From Styela clava (lineage: Eukaryota), in contig NC_135251.1 of NCBI RefSeq assembly GCF_964204865.1, forward strand, positions 11,160,001 to 11,224,000: 64,000 bases of DNA. Direction: 5' to 3'. Shown piece by piece: positions 38,437 to 51,917 of this stretch. Every line of letters starts with the position of its first letter. The stretch's first letter is position 1. A program made the translations under genes and the position numbers. The notes under the pieces are model-generated. The model saw nothing but the letters and a program-made list of their open reading frames with translations. It ran no database searches and was not told the DNA's origin.

Positions 38437-40074
38437 AAACGAAGGTAACAAAGCTGACAGAAATTTTGAATGGTCACCATGGTGGCATTGCTATTAAATT
38501 TTGATTAGCATTATATATTATTTGCTCAAAGTGTGGCCATTTTTAGCCAATGTTTGTTAAACGCAAATAAATAGATTTATTTACATTTTACTATTTTTTT
38601 TAGTTAATTGTTGTAATACACAAATATCTAATGTGAAGTAAATTTAGGACTTTTGGCTTACATTCACAATTGAAAACAAATAAATATATATATATTACAG
38701 CAAACTACGTACTACTACTGAAGTTAATGAATTGTGGTATATATAGAACATTATCCAAAAATAAAAATTGATATATATAGAAGACTCGCAACAGTTCAAG
38801 TAAATTCGATTGAAAAACAATATAAAAAAATGTTATGGGGTTAACCGTTTACTGCGGGAGTGAAAACCGCACAAAGTTTTAATAAATAGGATCAAAAATA
38901 CGTATTTAAAATGATAAAATAAGCCTGTAGGACCCATGCAGATTACTGTGCCTCTTGCACCCTTACTATTGCAAATTATCTAATTCACGATTTGATTGCA
39001 TGTCCATTCAGTTAGTCAGTTTGCTTCAAAAAAATTTTCATTCCCGCCAACAACAATCAATATCCTTCTTCAACACGTTTCTGTATATTGACCCGTAGTT
39101 GATAAATTGGTGATGCCGTTTATCACATATGCCAATACGTTTGAAGTTTTCCAAAAAGTTCGTATAATTCTGCATAAATCGCGACAACTTTCGTCAAAGC
39201 GACAGATTATGCTGAAATTGTACAGCTTCCATACGTTTGCAATAAAAATCGGTTCAATTCAAAATAAAGCAAAAGGGCACTTTTACATTTTAATGATTTG
39301 GTTTCTGCGCGATTAACTATATACTTATCCTTCTTCTATGTCTTTGCTTTTGTTCCGGTGGATCCGTAAGCATAAAATGTAAGGATGCTGTAGCAAGAGT
39401 AACGATTAATATCCTTTGCTGCACTCTAACACAAATAAATATATTTCAGTAACGTTTCGTCTGACCAATGTCAAACTTTTTTATCTATCAAATTCAAAAT
39501 TTTCAACAACTGACTTTCTATGTACGGAGAATTCAGATTAAATTGTATTTCTACCTCATTCCAACTAAACGGAACTACTTATTGCCTTTTCAATTTTACA
39601 CAATGCCTGTGTAATCGAAATTTTAAAATCGAGGTTTTATTGTGGTACGCTTCTGAATCATAGTGTATTCAATGGGGTCACACCAATCTCAGTAAATACA
39701 ATAAAATATGATAAAATGGAGCAAAACGTACCATATTCAACAGAAATAAATTTGGCAGATGACTTCAGTGTCTCAGTCGGTACCGTTATAAATGATAGCC
39801 TGTGCTTCAAACACGCTATATATATATATATATATATTCAAAAACCGTTTCTGTACTCGACTGACTCAAAACATATTGTTATTCGGTTTGAACATGTAAA
39901 CGTTTTTTTTTTTTTGGTATAGTACAATTCACAATTGTACCCAGAACGATGACGTTTCATGAAGAGTGATTCAAATATGCGTGGGGATTTGAAAACCGTT
40001 CGTTGTGATTTCAAATACTTCGGAATTTGAATGAATTCGAGTAATTTTAATAGAATAACCTAATAAACGTTATG

Positions 40075-40210
40075 GATAGGATAGGATTCACATATTCATC
40101 AAGGGTGAGTGGAAAGTCGATAAGACGATTTAATAATATGGCAAACTACGGCCTCTCGTCCGGTTACCAGTTCATTCGATTATAGTTATGGGATCAGCTA
40201 GCCAGTTTAA
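40075..40210 (-). mobile_element. SINE 3' fragment
   Basis: Reverse complement of the family tail (ggataaatatgtaaatcctatcctat) and body. Confidence 0.55.
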
Positions 40211-40332
40211 TGAACAACGTATTGGATGTCACAATTGTGGGAGAGAGTATAAAAGTCAGGACTATATCGTACTTTCATATTCAGCAATTTAAGAAACACA
40301 AAGGTCACTTGGCTACACATGAATATAAGATT

Positions 40333-41175
40333 GGCGGTGTGGCGCATCGAGCTAAGCGTTAGGAATACGCAGACTTGTTTATGGGAATGAGATGGGTCAT
40401 CACTCCTTTGTATTTTCCATGGGACACGTGGGACAAGAAAATTTATTTTGATCGTTATGAGAAAAATCGCTTTTCTCTGAAACTATTACTTTTTTTCTAA
40501 ATTTTTTATGAATGCTATGAGATCAGATAATTTATTCAAAATTACCATATTACCTTATGATTTTTAACAAATTGACAGCAAAACATTTCATTATGAACTT
40601 TGTAATCGTGTCAATATATTTGAGCATAGCCTCCTTGGTGCTCTCTTTGAATTTTTAGGTAACAAAGTCAATAAATTTGTCGTTTTGCATGTCTCTTTGT
40701 ACATGTGGTCCTATTTAGTAGACGCTAAACCTAAATTTAGCACTTTTTACAGCAAATTATTTCCAATGGGAATCTCATGAAATGGGACAGACTCAAATTG
40801 CTATGAGATGGGACAGAAAAATATGACCTATAAATGAGCCTGGTAATACGCTTGCTTACCACCGCACCTCTGATTACCCTTCGTGGGTTCGCAGGACCTC
40901 ACGCCAACCTAGGGTAATTTATGTAACCGCTGGTCGGTTACGGCTCATAGCGAAAAAAAAAGTAATTGCCTTCTGGAGAAAATTTTTATCTTTAACCACT
41001 AAAAATTTCAAAGCAATTGGTCCAGTATTCGAAAAGAGAAAAGTGACTTTTTAAAAACGTGTCAAGCGGTACTGAGTTAGCAGTCGGCTAACTAATCTCA
41101 TACCCGACATTGGTTCGCCATATGATTAGGTCGTCTTATCGCTTTCCTATCCGCCGGGATAAATATGTAAACCGT
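40333..41175 (+). mobile_element. tRNA-derived SINE carrying two nested insertions
   Basis: A-box-like TGGCGCATCGAGCTAAGCG head. Body resumes at 40843 (cacctctgattacccttcgtgggttcgcagg) and at 41089, and ends cgggataaatatgtaa. Confidence 0.7.
40370..40842. mobile_element. hAT-like MITE nested in SINE
   Basis: 8-bp TSD ggaatacg/gtaatacg duplicates SINE sequence. Imperfect TIR CAGACTTGTTTATGGG / reverse complement CAGGCTCATTTATAGG. Confidence 0.7.
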
Positions 41176-41268
41176 ATTCAATTGCAGTTAGAGCATGAAA
41201 TCATAAACCTGTTTAAAATTTGAATGAATATTTCGATGTTGGTTATTTATTTACCTATCGCATTAGAT

Positions 41269-42766
41269 CAGTGGTTCTTAAACTTTTTGAGCCGCGCCCC
41301 TCTTTGAAAAATTTTATACACTTCGCGCCCACCCCCCCCCCTCCTTTTTTTTTGCTTTGGAAAAATGCTTTTGTAATGGGCAGGTTGCTTTATAATAAGA
41401 TGGCGCTGGAGTGTTGGTCTCATAGCATCATTGCTCAGATTGCTTAGGCATAAAACGAATCGGAATACAATTTCGCCTTTCACTGTTGTATGTATAAAGC
41501 CATACACAAATATTGTTCATCATACATTCTCTTTTTTCTGTTCAGTTTGCAATACCTGGTGAAGTCAACTTAAGTTTTACGTAAAATTAAGGTCAAAAAT
41601 ACAGTTTACACAATAGAGAAGTGCAAATGAATTTATGTAGATTTGTAGCATAAAGAAGCCGCTCAATTGTTAATAGTAATTATGCATGTGGACTTTTTCC
41701 CGGCCCTTGAGCGCTGAAAAATAAAGTCCATAATGACGTTTGCGATTGCATTTTGTTTAAATCTCCGATTGTTTTCGCCCGCGTGACGTGTTATTTAAAC
41801 CGTAAAAATCTTTATTTCGGTGTTCATCTCCTTAAATCGGAAATTTCACTCAACAAATATTTTGTGCCGCGAAGACATGATAATTACTTTTTGCGTTCTC
41901 GCATGAAACCATGACACCTGTGGGGAAAACGAGTTTTTATTATATAATCATCAGCGACGAGATGCTAAAGATAGAATAAAGAAGTGAATCCGCAACCAAA
42001 TAATGGAAAAAGCGGCATTAAAAGATAATAAAACTAAAACGGAAAACACCAACGGGTTTCGTCATGGAATGGAACGCGACAGTTCAAAAACACTTTCTTA
42101 GACATCGCAAATTTCGTCTATTCCTTGTTCCCGCGGCACACCTGTAGTGTGGATAAAGCAATCATTTCAAATATTTATATCGATCATGGGCCGTTGAAAA
42201 AGTCGGCTATTTTAACGAGTGGTGTGATCTCAACAACTGACCCAGGAGCCGTACCGCGGGTGTTATGGGGCGATGAATGTGTATTTCTGATCTACTAATA
42301 TACTTTATATGTAATTTCATTGTACTAAATTGAATATATATACTTTCTGAGATTTTATACCAGATCTTTCTAACGACAATAACGTATTTGCATGAGCGCA
42401 AAATATATCGAAACTAAATATTGACGGGCAGTTGATCTCACATCCTTATGTCCAGGGATTGATGTGGTATTTTAGATCTGTAATGACCTTTTTTTGTCAT
42501 GAGTCGCCGCAATCGCGAGCTACCTTGAACACAAATGAAGTAAAATAGAGAGACATTTCGAATTCTTGTAGTTGTCAAGTTGTCATAGATTGATTATTGC
42601 GGGACAAAAAAGGGGTATTATACCGTAAAAAAGCAGGCATTTAACGAACCGAAGACCTTTTCATGAGACGTTGCATGGAAATTTTCGATTCCATCTTGTG
42701 ACCTCTCGCCCCCCCCCCCCCCCCCCCCCTGAAAGCATCTCGCGCCCCCCAGTTTAAGCACCACTG
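41269..42766. mobile_element. 1.5-kb non-autonomous hAT (Charlie-like) element
   Basis: TIR CAGTGGTTCTTAAACT / AGTTTAAGCACCACTG (15/16), TSD cattagat/cattatat, subterminal CGCGCCCC and poly-C runs. Confidence 0.85.
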
Positions 42767-42829
42767 CATTATATGGTTCAACTACCAAGACTCGATCATC
42801 AATGATAACAGTTCTCCAACAATCAAGTT

Positions 42830-43115
42830 GCTAAAACTTGGCTAATGTTTATTTAGATATTTGAACCCTGGGTGTCGCTGCTTGATAACCAGCTTTCGTT
42901 CCTCGCAGCTTCCCCTCCCCAGTGATATGTGTTTTTAATATTACTCGTCTTAATTTTGCATGTTTATCGCGTTGCTAAAACTTGACTAATGTTTATTTAG
43001 ATATTTAAACCTTGGGTGTCGCTGCTTGATAACCAGCTTTGGTTTCCCGCGGCTTCCCTTCCTCAGTGAAATGTGTATTCAATTCTATTTATTCGTCTTA
43101 ATTTTGCATGTTAAC
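42830..43115 (+). repeat. ~145-bp tandem duplication
   Basis: gttgctaaaacttg.ctaatgtttatttagatattt.aacc.tgggtgtcgctgcttgataaccagcttt...tcgtcttaattttgcatgtt occurs twice. Confidence 0.85.
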
Positions 43116-43501
43116 TTCTTCTACTGGATGGAAAAAATAAACTTGACTATGACTATGCCAAGATTTTCTAGCCAAAGATTTGAGGCAGCAACCGATATAA
43201 ATACAAAATGTTGAACACCTAATTTTACCGCGGAAGTCGCGAGGAACTAATGTTAGTTAACAAGCAGCTCAAAATCTAATATCTAATGAAAATTTAAAGA
43301 ATTGGAAAATTAATTTTTAGTATTTATAAGAAGTGATATTGCCAAGAGAAGTAATGGCCAGGAGCCTCGGTGACCATCAGCTGTCCTGCATACAGACAAT
43401 CACAAAACAATGTGTAAATTGAATGCCATACTTCAATGGAATTTTTGATATTGTTTTATTTCGCGATTCATTGTTTGTGGAAATAAAATCTCTCTCTCTT
43501 T

Positions 43502-46091
43502 AACAAGAGAGCTATGCTCAAATATATGGACACGCAGAGTCACATAATTTTGATGACGTCATAGCGAAAAAAAAAGTAATTGCCTTCTGGAGAAAGTTTT
43601 CATCTTTAACCACTAAAAATTTCAAAGCAATTGGTCCAGTATTCGAAAAGAGAAAAGTGACTTTTTAAAAACGTGTCAAGCGGTACTGAGTTAGCAGTCA
43701 GGCAGCATCTTACCTGTACACTGTAGGCCATATACGGTAATTGATCACAGAACAGTTGTTCCCTTGCAAATTTTATGTTGTTTACACTTTAGGACAGATA
43801 ATTGATCACAGAACAATTCTTCCCTTTCAAATTTTATGTTGTTTCCAGTAGACTCTCATCAAAATAAACAAATTTAGTAGGCTACAAGTGCTACAACGCT
43901 TGCATTACTGCACTGGTAGGACCGTGAAAGAATAAGTTACGGTAATTTCATTGTGGTAAGACACCGGTACCGGCACCAGTACCAGTATCGTACTTACGTA
44001 CTGAGCTACCAGTACCGGTTAGCAGTCAGCCAGCATCTTACCTGTACACTGTAGGCCATATACGGTAATTGATCACAGAACAGTTGTTCCCTTGCAAATT
44101 TTATGTTGTTTACACTTTAGGACAGATAATTGATCACAGAACAATTCTTCCCTTTCAAATTTTATGTTGTTTCCAGTAGACTCTCATCAAAATAAACAAA
44201 TATAGTAGGCTACAAGTGCTACAACGCTTGCATTACTGCACTGGTAGGACCGTGAAAGAATAAGTTACGGTAATTTCATTGTGGTAAGACACCGGTACCG
44301 GCACCAGTACCAGTATCGTACTTACGTACTGAGCTACCAGTACCGGTACCGAACCTGTAGGTCTGATATTCCGTTCCGCATACGATAGGCTATAAAACTT
44401 GCATTGCAGCATTAGTGATACCGCGGAAGGAATAAGTCAATTTCACTGCGTTACGGTACCTGTATGGCAACTTACCAGTACCAACCTACAGTAGCTGTAG
44501 TACTGAGCAAGACAATCGATCGCGAAACCGCTTGAAATAAGTGTAAAACAGTGTTCCCATGAGTAAAAATAAATACCGCGAAATTTTGTATGAAATATCA
44601 TATCTCATAAGATTCATATAGTATTTAAGAATAAACAAAAGTAATAGCCTTCTAGCGAAAAAATTAATCTTTAACCACTGAAAATTTCAAAGCAATTGGT
44701 CCAGCATTCGAAGAAAAAAGCGACTTTTTAAAAACGTGTCAAAGAACAAGAACAAGAACAAGAACAACAAGAGAGCTATGCTCAAATATATGGACACGTA
44801 GAGTCACATAATTTTGATGACGTCATAGCGAAAAAAAAAGTAATAGCCTTCTGGAGAAAATTTTTATCTTTAACCACTAAAAATTTCAAAGCAATTGGTC
44901 CAGTATTCAAAGAGAAAAGCGACTTTTTAAAAACGTGTCAAGCGGTACTGAGTTAGCAGTCGGGCAGCATCTTACCTGTACACTGTAGGCCATATACGGT
45001 AATTGATCACAGAACAGTTGTTCCCTTGCAAATTTTATGTTGTTTACACTTTAGGACAGATAATTGATCACAAAACAATTCTTCCCTTTCAAATTTTATG
45101 TTGTTTCCAGTAGACTCTCATCAAAATAAACAAATATAGTAGGCTACAAGTGCTACAACGCTTGCATTACTGCACTGGTAGGACCGTGAAAGAATAAGTT
45201 ACGGTAATTTCATTGTGGTAAGACACCGGTACCGGCTCCAGTATCGTACTTCTGTACTTACGTACTGAGCTACCAGTACCGGTTAGCAGTCAGCCAGCAT
45301 CTTACCTGTACACTGTAGGCCATATACCGGTACCGGTAGGGTAATTGATCACAGAACAGTTGTTCCCTTGCAAATTTTATGTTGTTTACACTTTAGGACA
45401 GATAATTGATCACAGAACAATTCTTCCCTTTCAAATTTTATGTTGTTTCCAGTAGACTCTCATCAAAATAAACAAATATAGTAGGCTACAAGTGCTACAA
45501 CGCTTGCATTACTGCACTGGTAGGACCGTGAAAGAATAAGTTACGGTAATTTCATTGTGGTAAGACACCGGTACCGGCACCAGTACCAGTATCGTACTTA
45601 CGTACTGAGCTACCAGTACCGGTACCGAACCTGTAGGTCTGATATTCCATACGATAGGCTATAAAACTTGCATTGCAGCATTAGTAATACCGCGGAAGGA
45701 ATAAGTCAATTTCACTGCGTTACGGTACCTGTATGGCAACTTACCAGTACCGACCTACAGTAGCTGTAGTACTGAGCAATACAATCGATAGCGAAACCGC
45801 TTGAAATAAGTGTAAAACAGTGTTCCCATGAATAAAAATAAATACCGCGAAATTTTGTATGAAATATCATATCTCATAGGATTCATATAAAATTTAAGAA
45901 TAAACAAAAGTAATAGCCTTCTAGCGAAAAAATTAATCTTTAACCACTGAAAATTTCAAAGCAATTGGTCCAGTATTCGAAGAGAAAAGCGACTTTTTAA
46001 AAACGTGTCAAAGAACAAGAACAAGAACAACAACAACAACAACAACAACATAATATTGAAACGATCGTTATGTCCACTACGTGTCCAATAA
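43502..46091 (-). mobile_element. Helentron/DINE-1(HINE)-like non-autonomous element, head-to-tail dimer with internal tandem repeats
   Basis: Terminus AACAAGAGAGC-TAT-GCTC (short hairpin). Subterminal inverted repeat TGGACACGTAG..CATAA vs TTATG..CTACGTGTCCA. (AAGAAC)n/(AAC)n microsatellite near the other end and no TSD. The unit repeats at 43502 and 44766 (period ~1264), each with two ~328-bp subrepeats containing a ~60-bp inner duplication. Confidence 0.8.
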
Positions 46092-46398
46092 TTACAGACC
46101 AGGGTCGTCGCATGCAAAGAGCCTTTAAACCACTTTGGTCGCAGTTGAGCGCTATAGAGCAGGTTATTTTCGGTTATTTTGCAGTTGCAGCTCCGCGCGA
46201 GCGACCGTGCCTTGTATAAAATACGGTATTTACGTTACATAATCCTAATTTTGAGGTATACCGGTACTGGCAGACTGGTGTCGTGACCAACAGCGAGTAC
46301 AGAAATATAAAACTGAGAATACATAAACTGATTACATAGTTAGAATCTGCACTACCAGACTACCGGTACGGTAAATAGGCCTATCTAAATACTGAAAT

Positions 46399-49300
46399 AT
46401 GGGCAATTCTGTGGCGAAGTTAGCTGCGTTAGACTTCGGGATTCAACTGCTTGCATTTCTTCCGAGTTCTTATTTCCAGACTGAAAGGTTTTATGATTTA
46501 GTGGGTAAGTTGCCAACATTTGTATAATTCAGTATGATACCGTAGGTACCGGTACCTTATTACTCTGGTTCAGCGGGTTCATTTGTTCAATCCCTATTAC
46601 AGTACCCGTACCGGTATTACGCAGCTTCTGATATTGCCTACTGCCTTGACTGCAGGTCAAGTTAAATCTACCCATGTGATCATTTGGATTGTCTGACTGT
46701 GGAGTTGGTTTGGAGGTATTTCTAAACTTCCGGAAGATGAAGTTTTGATTTCCTAGGAGGCCAGGAGGTGGAACTTTAAAAGTTTTCAGCCAGCCGTGAA
46801 TTCTGCAATTCGTGTCATTTGCAGATTTGGGGTGGCAAAACTTATGTTAAAACAAAATGCTGCAAGGTTTTTGATATTATTTTGACATGGTTTATACTAT
46901 TGTTTCTTCATGGTGACATTAAAAGAAATGTCAATTTTTTACATCAACTCTGTAAGCATCGGGGTTACTAAGTGTTCTTAGCACAGTAGCAGTTCATCAT
47001 GCTTAAACATCCCAAAGTTCTTGTTATGAAAATGTATGCTATAATGTAGGTTACTAATGGATGACAGTCAGACAGTCACTGATTTTGGAACAGTACCAGA
47101 ATTTGGAAAACATTTTAAATTTCTATTAAATTTTGTTGACCTTTTTAGGTTCAAGTACCTTCTTATGTCTTGCAAGATTGGGTCTTCATTTCAGTCAGAA
47201 AACATTTCGACAAAAAGTTCAAGCAAACCTTATATCGGCATGGGCAATTAGGTAAGTTCATATTATGAATGCTTCAATGGGATTGTGCAATCGTGCAATG
47301 TCTGTCTGCAAGTCTGCTTAAGATGAATATATTTAACATATTGATCATTTTCAATTATTGCAAAATTTTGGTTTTGAGCGTTTTTTTACAAAAGATGGAT
47401 GATGTCAATATCAGAAGTATTAGTAGTTCTTGTATATTTTCTTTTGGGATATGAAAAATATGTATATTACAAATCTATATCAGAGGTCAAGTGTGTCTGT
47501 CTGCATTGAAGGATTGACTGCTTATATTTTTGTATCAACACAATACTCTCAATTTTAAAGCGCAATCCTTTTTTCTTCACTTTTATTTCATTTCACAGGG
47601 GGAGATTGTCTGTGCCTTACTTTTATGTCTCATGTTTTAAACTTTATTTTGTACACTATTCTTTTTCATATTAGTGTTGAAGAAACTATATCATTTTTTA
47701 ATCTTCCTAATTGACCAAGAAATACCTGGCCAAATCTCATTTGCACTGAAAATAGTTGTATTGCCATGTGTATGGAAATATTTCAAAGCATAAACCTAAT
47801 ATCTACCCAAGTGGATTAGTATTGGAATTAATTAGTATACAAGTAAGACCTAACCAAATCCTACTGAAAATCGTTTTATAATATTTGCATGAAAATCCAA
47901 ATTGTTTGTAATGATAATTCAATTTCTTAGTCATCATAATATGCAGATACAAGAGTGAAAATACTTTAATAATAATTAATTGATAATTTCAGGCTTGGCT
48001 CATTTCTTTTCTATCGAGTAATACATGATGGTGTTGATAGGAGGTTTAATAAAGTTCGAGGAAATCCATCAATATTTTTCAAGTATTGGATGCTTCAAGG
48101 TAAATGAGTTTAAAACTGAAGATTATTGAAAGCTGTGTCCTGTGTTCACTTCCGAATATTTCATATCAATTTTTCTCAACCTTTTGAATAGTTTGTTGTT
48201 ATAGCTATATCATAATAATGCACAGAACACTAATTATAATATGAATCTTTGGGTTCTCAATCATTTGAATCATAGTTATACAATAATTTAAATCGCTGAT
48301 CACTTGAGTTACATTCAGTTAATCTATGTAATTTTCAGAATAATTGTACTATAATGTAACATGGTAACATGTTTTACAGACTAATGTAGTGATTAGTGAT
48401 CGAAATTCAATATAGTAGTAACTTGAGGTCTATCCCATGCTTCCTATATGTTATTGTTATTATATTATTGTTGCAATGATATCTTTCCATAAATTGTCGA
48501 ACTTCTAATTGTTAAAAAATCCAAGTTTAATTGCAATTACCTCACACAGGCAGAATCGTATCTTTCCGTGAATTGTCGGTAGTTTGAATCTATTGTTCAA
48601 GTTGATCTCGATCTATTACTAGTTTTAGTATTATTGTCACATCATGACATTCTAATAGTTACAAAATTCTGTTATGGCAGGTGTATGGGTATTCTTGACT
48701 ATGTTACCTTCTCTACTTAACAATGAAAGTAAGGACCGTCTCAAACCAACAACCAGAGACTACATAGGTTGGGGAATGTTCGGGGTTGGATTTTTAACAG
48801 AAGTAATCGCTGATTATCAGAAGTTTACATTTCGAAGTGATCCTGATAATGCTGTGAGTTTTCCATATGATTCGTTTTCACATCTTTGGTCGAAACGAGT
48901 CTCTGTATAAGCAATCACCAATATTTATGATCTATGCTATTTTGAGTGAAATTCATTTTTGATTCTTGTCCATAATCTTGATTTGAAGATTCATGTAGTT
49001 ATTAAGTTATGTTGTAAATAAACTGATGCTACTTTTGAAGCATTTGTTATGCTGTAATGCATTATGTCTGTATCAAGTCATCAATTCGAAACTTACTATT
49101 TGTCATTTTATAAATTTCCTATATATGTGAAGAGATAGCAATGGTGCTATTAAACCTCCAACCTAGTTACACTTTAACATCTCATTCATAGGAAATGTTT
49201 ATAGAACCAGTCTGCATTTTAAAAAACAAATGTGTGTATAGAATCAGAAATTTATATTTCATGTTCCAGGGTAAATTTATCTCCCACGGACTTTGGTCAA

Positions 49301-50142
49301 TAAGTCGACATCCCAATTATTTTGGTGAAATATTACTCTGGTCTGGACTGTTTGTGTCGGCTTCATCTTCATTCAAAAGTAAGTTTATTATTTGTAGGAT
49401 GACCAAAAGGATATTTTGGGCATGCTGAGTGTTATTTAATATATATTCTTAATTGAGCAATGCCCAATACTCGAATTTGAAATTACTTATTTGAAAACTT
49501 GATGGATATCGGAGAGTTCTTGAACCAATCATTTCAATTTTCAACTAAAATATTTCCAAATAAAATATACAACATCAAATAGTATGGGATTTGAATATTT
49601 GTCCCAGAAAGAGGAAAGTTGATAAGTCTGTTCAATCATGTATCTTGTAATGTATAAATTATACTATTTCATTCATTTTGGGTCGTCATTAGGTTTGATT
49701 TTTGAAATTGGTTGTTTGCTGAGGTCTTCTTGGTTTGCTCTAGACAGGAATTGTTAGTGGACTTAGCTATAGTGTCCACTGTCCAGTTATTTAGTAAGAC
49801 TTCCACCATCTTAATTAATACATCTGGACTATTCACTAGTTACCTTAAAATTTGTTGAGTGTCTATGATGCTTTATCTTATTATAAATACCCTCCAACTC
49901 AATAGCCATCAAAAAAATCCTATTCGATATAATACACCCAAAAAAATTGGATTTATTTTTCATCAACAGATTGGGAATGGTTGAGCATTATATCACCATT
50001 GTTCAATTATTACCTTCTTACAAGAGTTAGCGGAATCCCTATGTTGGAGCGAAGTGGATTGAAGAGATATGGTCATCTACCAGCGTATCAGGATTATATC
50101 AAGAGTGTACCGGAATTGATTCCCTTTTTTGGCAAGCCCTAA
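46399..50142 (+). CDS. DUF1295 family / steroid 5-alpha-reductase-like membrane protein, 256 aa
   Basis: Exons 46399-46504, 47149-47251, 47993-48099, 48681-48853, 49270-49378 and 49970-50142 splice in frame (771 nt): ...[14 protein letters not shown]...[22 protein letters not shown]...WMLQGVWVF...[12 protein letters not shown]...[26 protein letters not shown]...RVSGIPMLE...Y...LIPF. Confidence 0.93.
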
Positions 50143-51917
50143 TTTTTAATGTGCAAATATAATGATATCTCTATAATTTTTCATTTTCAATGAGGAAATT
50201 GCACACTCGAAATACTGTGATTAATCATGACACAAATATTTCCTGCTATAACCATCACCGAAAGCAGTGGTTGTTAATAAGCTTTTTGGTGGAACAGAAC
50301 TTCAATGAAACATTCCAGGGGCTTAGGGAATCCCTGTGCAATAGTTTTTCTTTTATTAAATATAAATAGAAGGGAACCTAATACTATAGGCTACTTGTAA
50401 AAGCAAATCTTAAAGTGTAACATGTCTAATAATAATGGCAGACCCATGTGCATTTGAGTATAGTTAAATTATATTACATACATCAGTTTTGATTGGAAAC
50501 TTACATAACCCCTGGAATGTACTGGCAGAACCCTAGACCTGGGGGAAGTTTGAAATATTTTCTTCAAATTATATATGCTCAATAGCAAATTAGTGTCTTT
50601 TTTGCCTTTACCGGATTGCCTTTTAGTCTTCATGCGTATGGTACTTAAACATTTCTTCTCAGTTGTATATCAACCTAACGCAGTTTAACTCAAATCTATT
50701 CTGAGTTTCCCCAAGGACTATCTATGCCTCCCATTGCTTCTTATGTGGACTTTATGGCCGATTATCGACTTTATGGCCGATTAATGGCCGATTAATGGCC
50801 GATTATCAATCATCTAGAATGGTAGTTACCTCACTTTTCATTCATTCTGTATATCTTTGTTTTCAACATGTGTTCTATGCCTCAAATCAAACTTGCGCTA
50901 GGGTGAATGCGATTGTTTCGATGATGGGAATGGAAAATGTAACTGGGGAAGAAACTTCGCGGTCATCTCGTACCACATAAATAGTTTTTATTTTGACGAG
51001 ATTCTCCAATGGTACCCTATGCAGAAACCCGTATCCACTTTCAATCAGATCGCACTATTTCACGTTTTCATATTTATTTGAATTTCTGGCTAAATTTCCT
51101 ATAACAGCAATAGTTCAATGTTAAATAACGTAGAAAATAAATAGGCAAGAAGCGGGGGTGTGTGACTTGTATCAAATATAACGTGCAATGCCATGTGTGG
51201 TTGAGTTGAATACAGGAGTAAAAAATTCAAATTCCGTCGTTCAATGTCTACACTCACATTGCGTGCAAAGCTTTTGTTTGTGGACCCTTCGGTAGCAAAG
51301 CGTACAAATTATAATGGGGCATCAATTATTTAGTTTAAATTATCATGCTTTTCGGTGATCAGTGGATAGACATTCATTTCGATATCTCTCCGTTGAATAT
51401 TTTTCCGTCTGAAAAGTAAAATGGTATGTCAGAGAAGATGACAGCAGAACATTGCAACCGTATTTCTGTGAATAGGAGGGCAAATAAAAAGGTTTTTGCA
51501 ACCGAATGCTCTATTTGCTTTTACGTTGATGTGGTTAATAAACTATTATTGCTTTGTAATTTATGTGAATTTAATTACATTAACACTACTCTATGCTGCT
51601 TCAATTTATTATCTATTATTCGTTCATATAATCGTATTTTTCACTTTATTATGATCTCATAAATGACAAATGTGCAAACAATTATTTTATGACCAAATCA
51701 AATACGAGTCTTTACGTTTTATTGCACAATTAACTAAAAGAGCATTGCGTGTAGCAAAGTCCTACAGTTTATCATGAAGTTATAGGGGTCTACACGATTA
51801 TATATTATAAATTCAAAAGTCAACGCCCGTAGAGGTCCGAGATACAATGCGGCGCATAGGTTCTGGCGGCTTAAGACGGGCTCTGAAAATAGCCATGTTT
51901 GATTAGGTCATTTCTTG

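Noticed and set aside
40333-40370. Functional tRNA gene
   Set aside because: It is interrupted, lacks a closing acceptor stem and continues into a shared SINE body.
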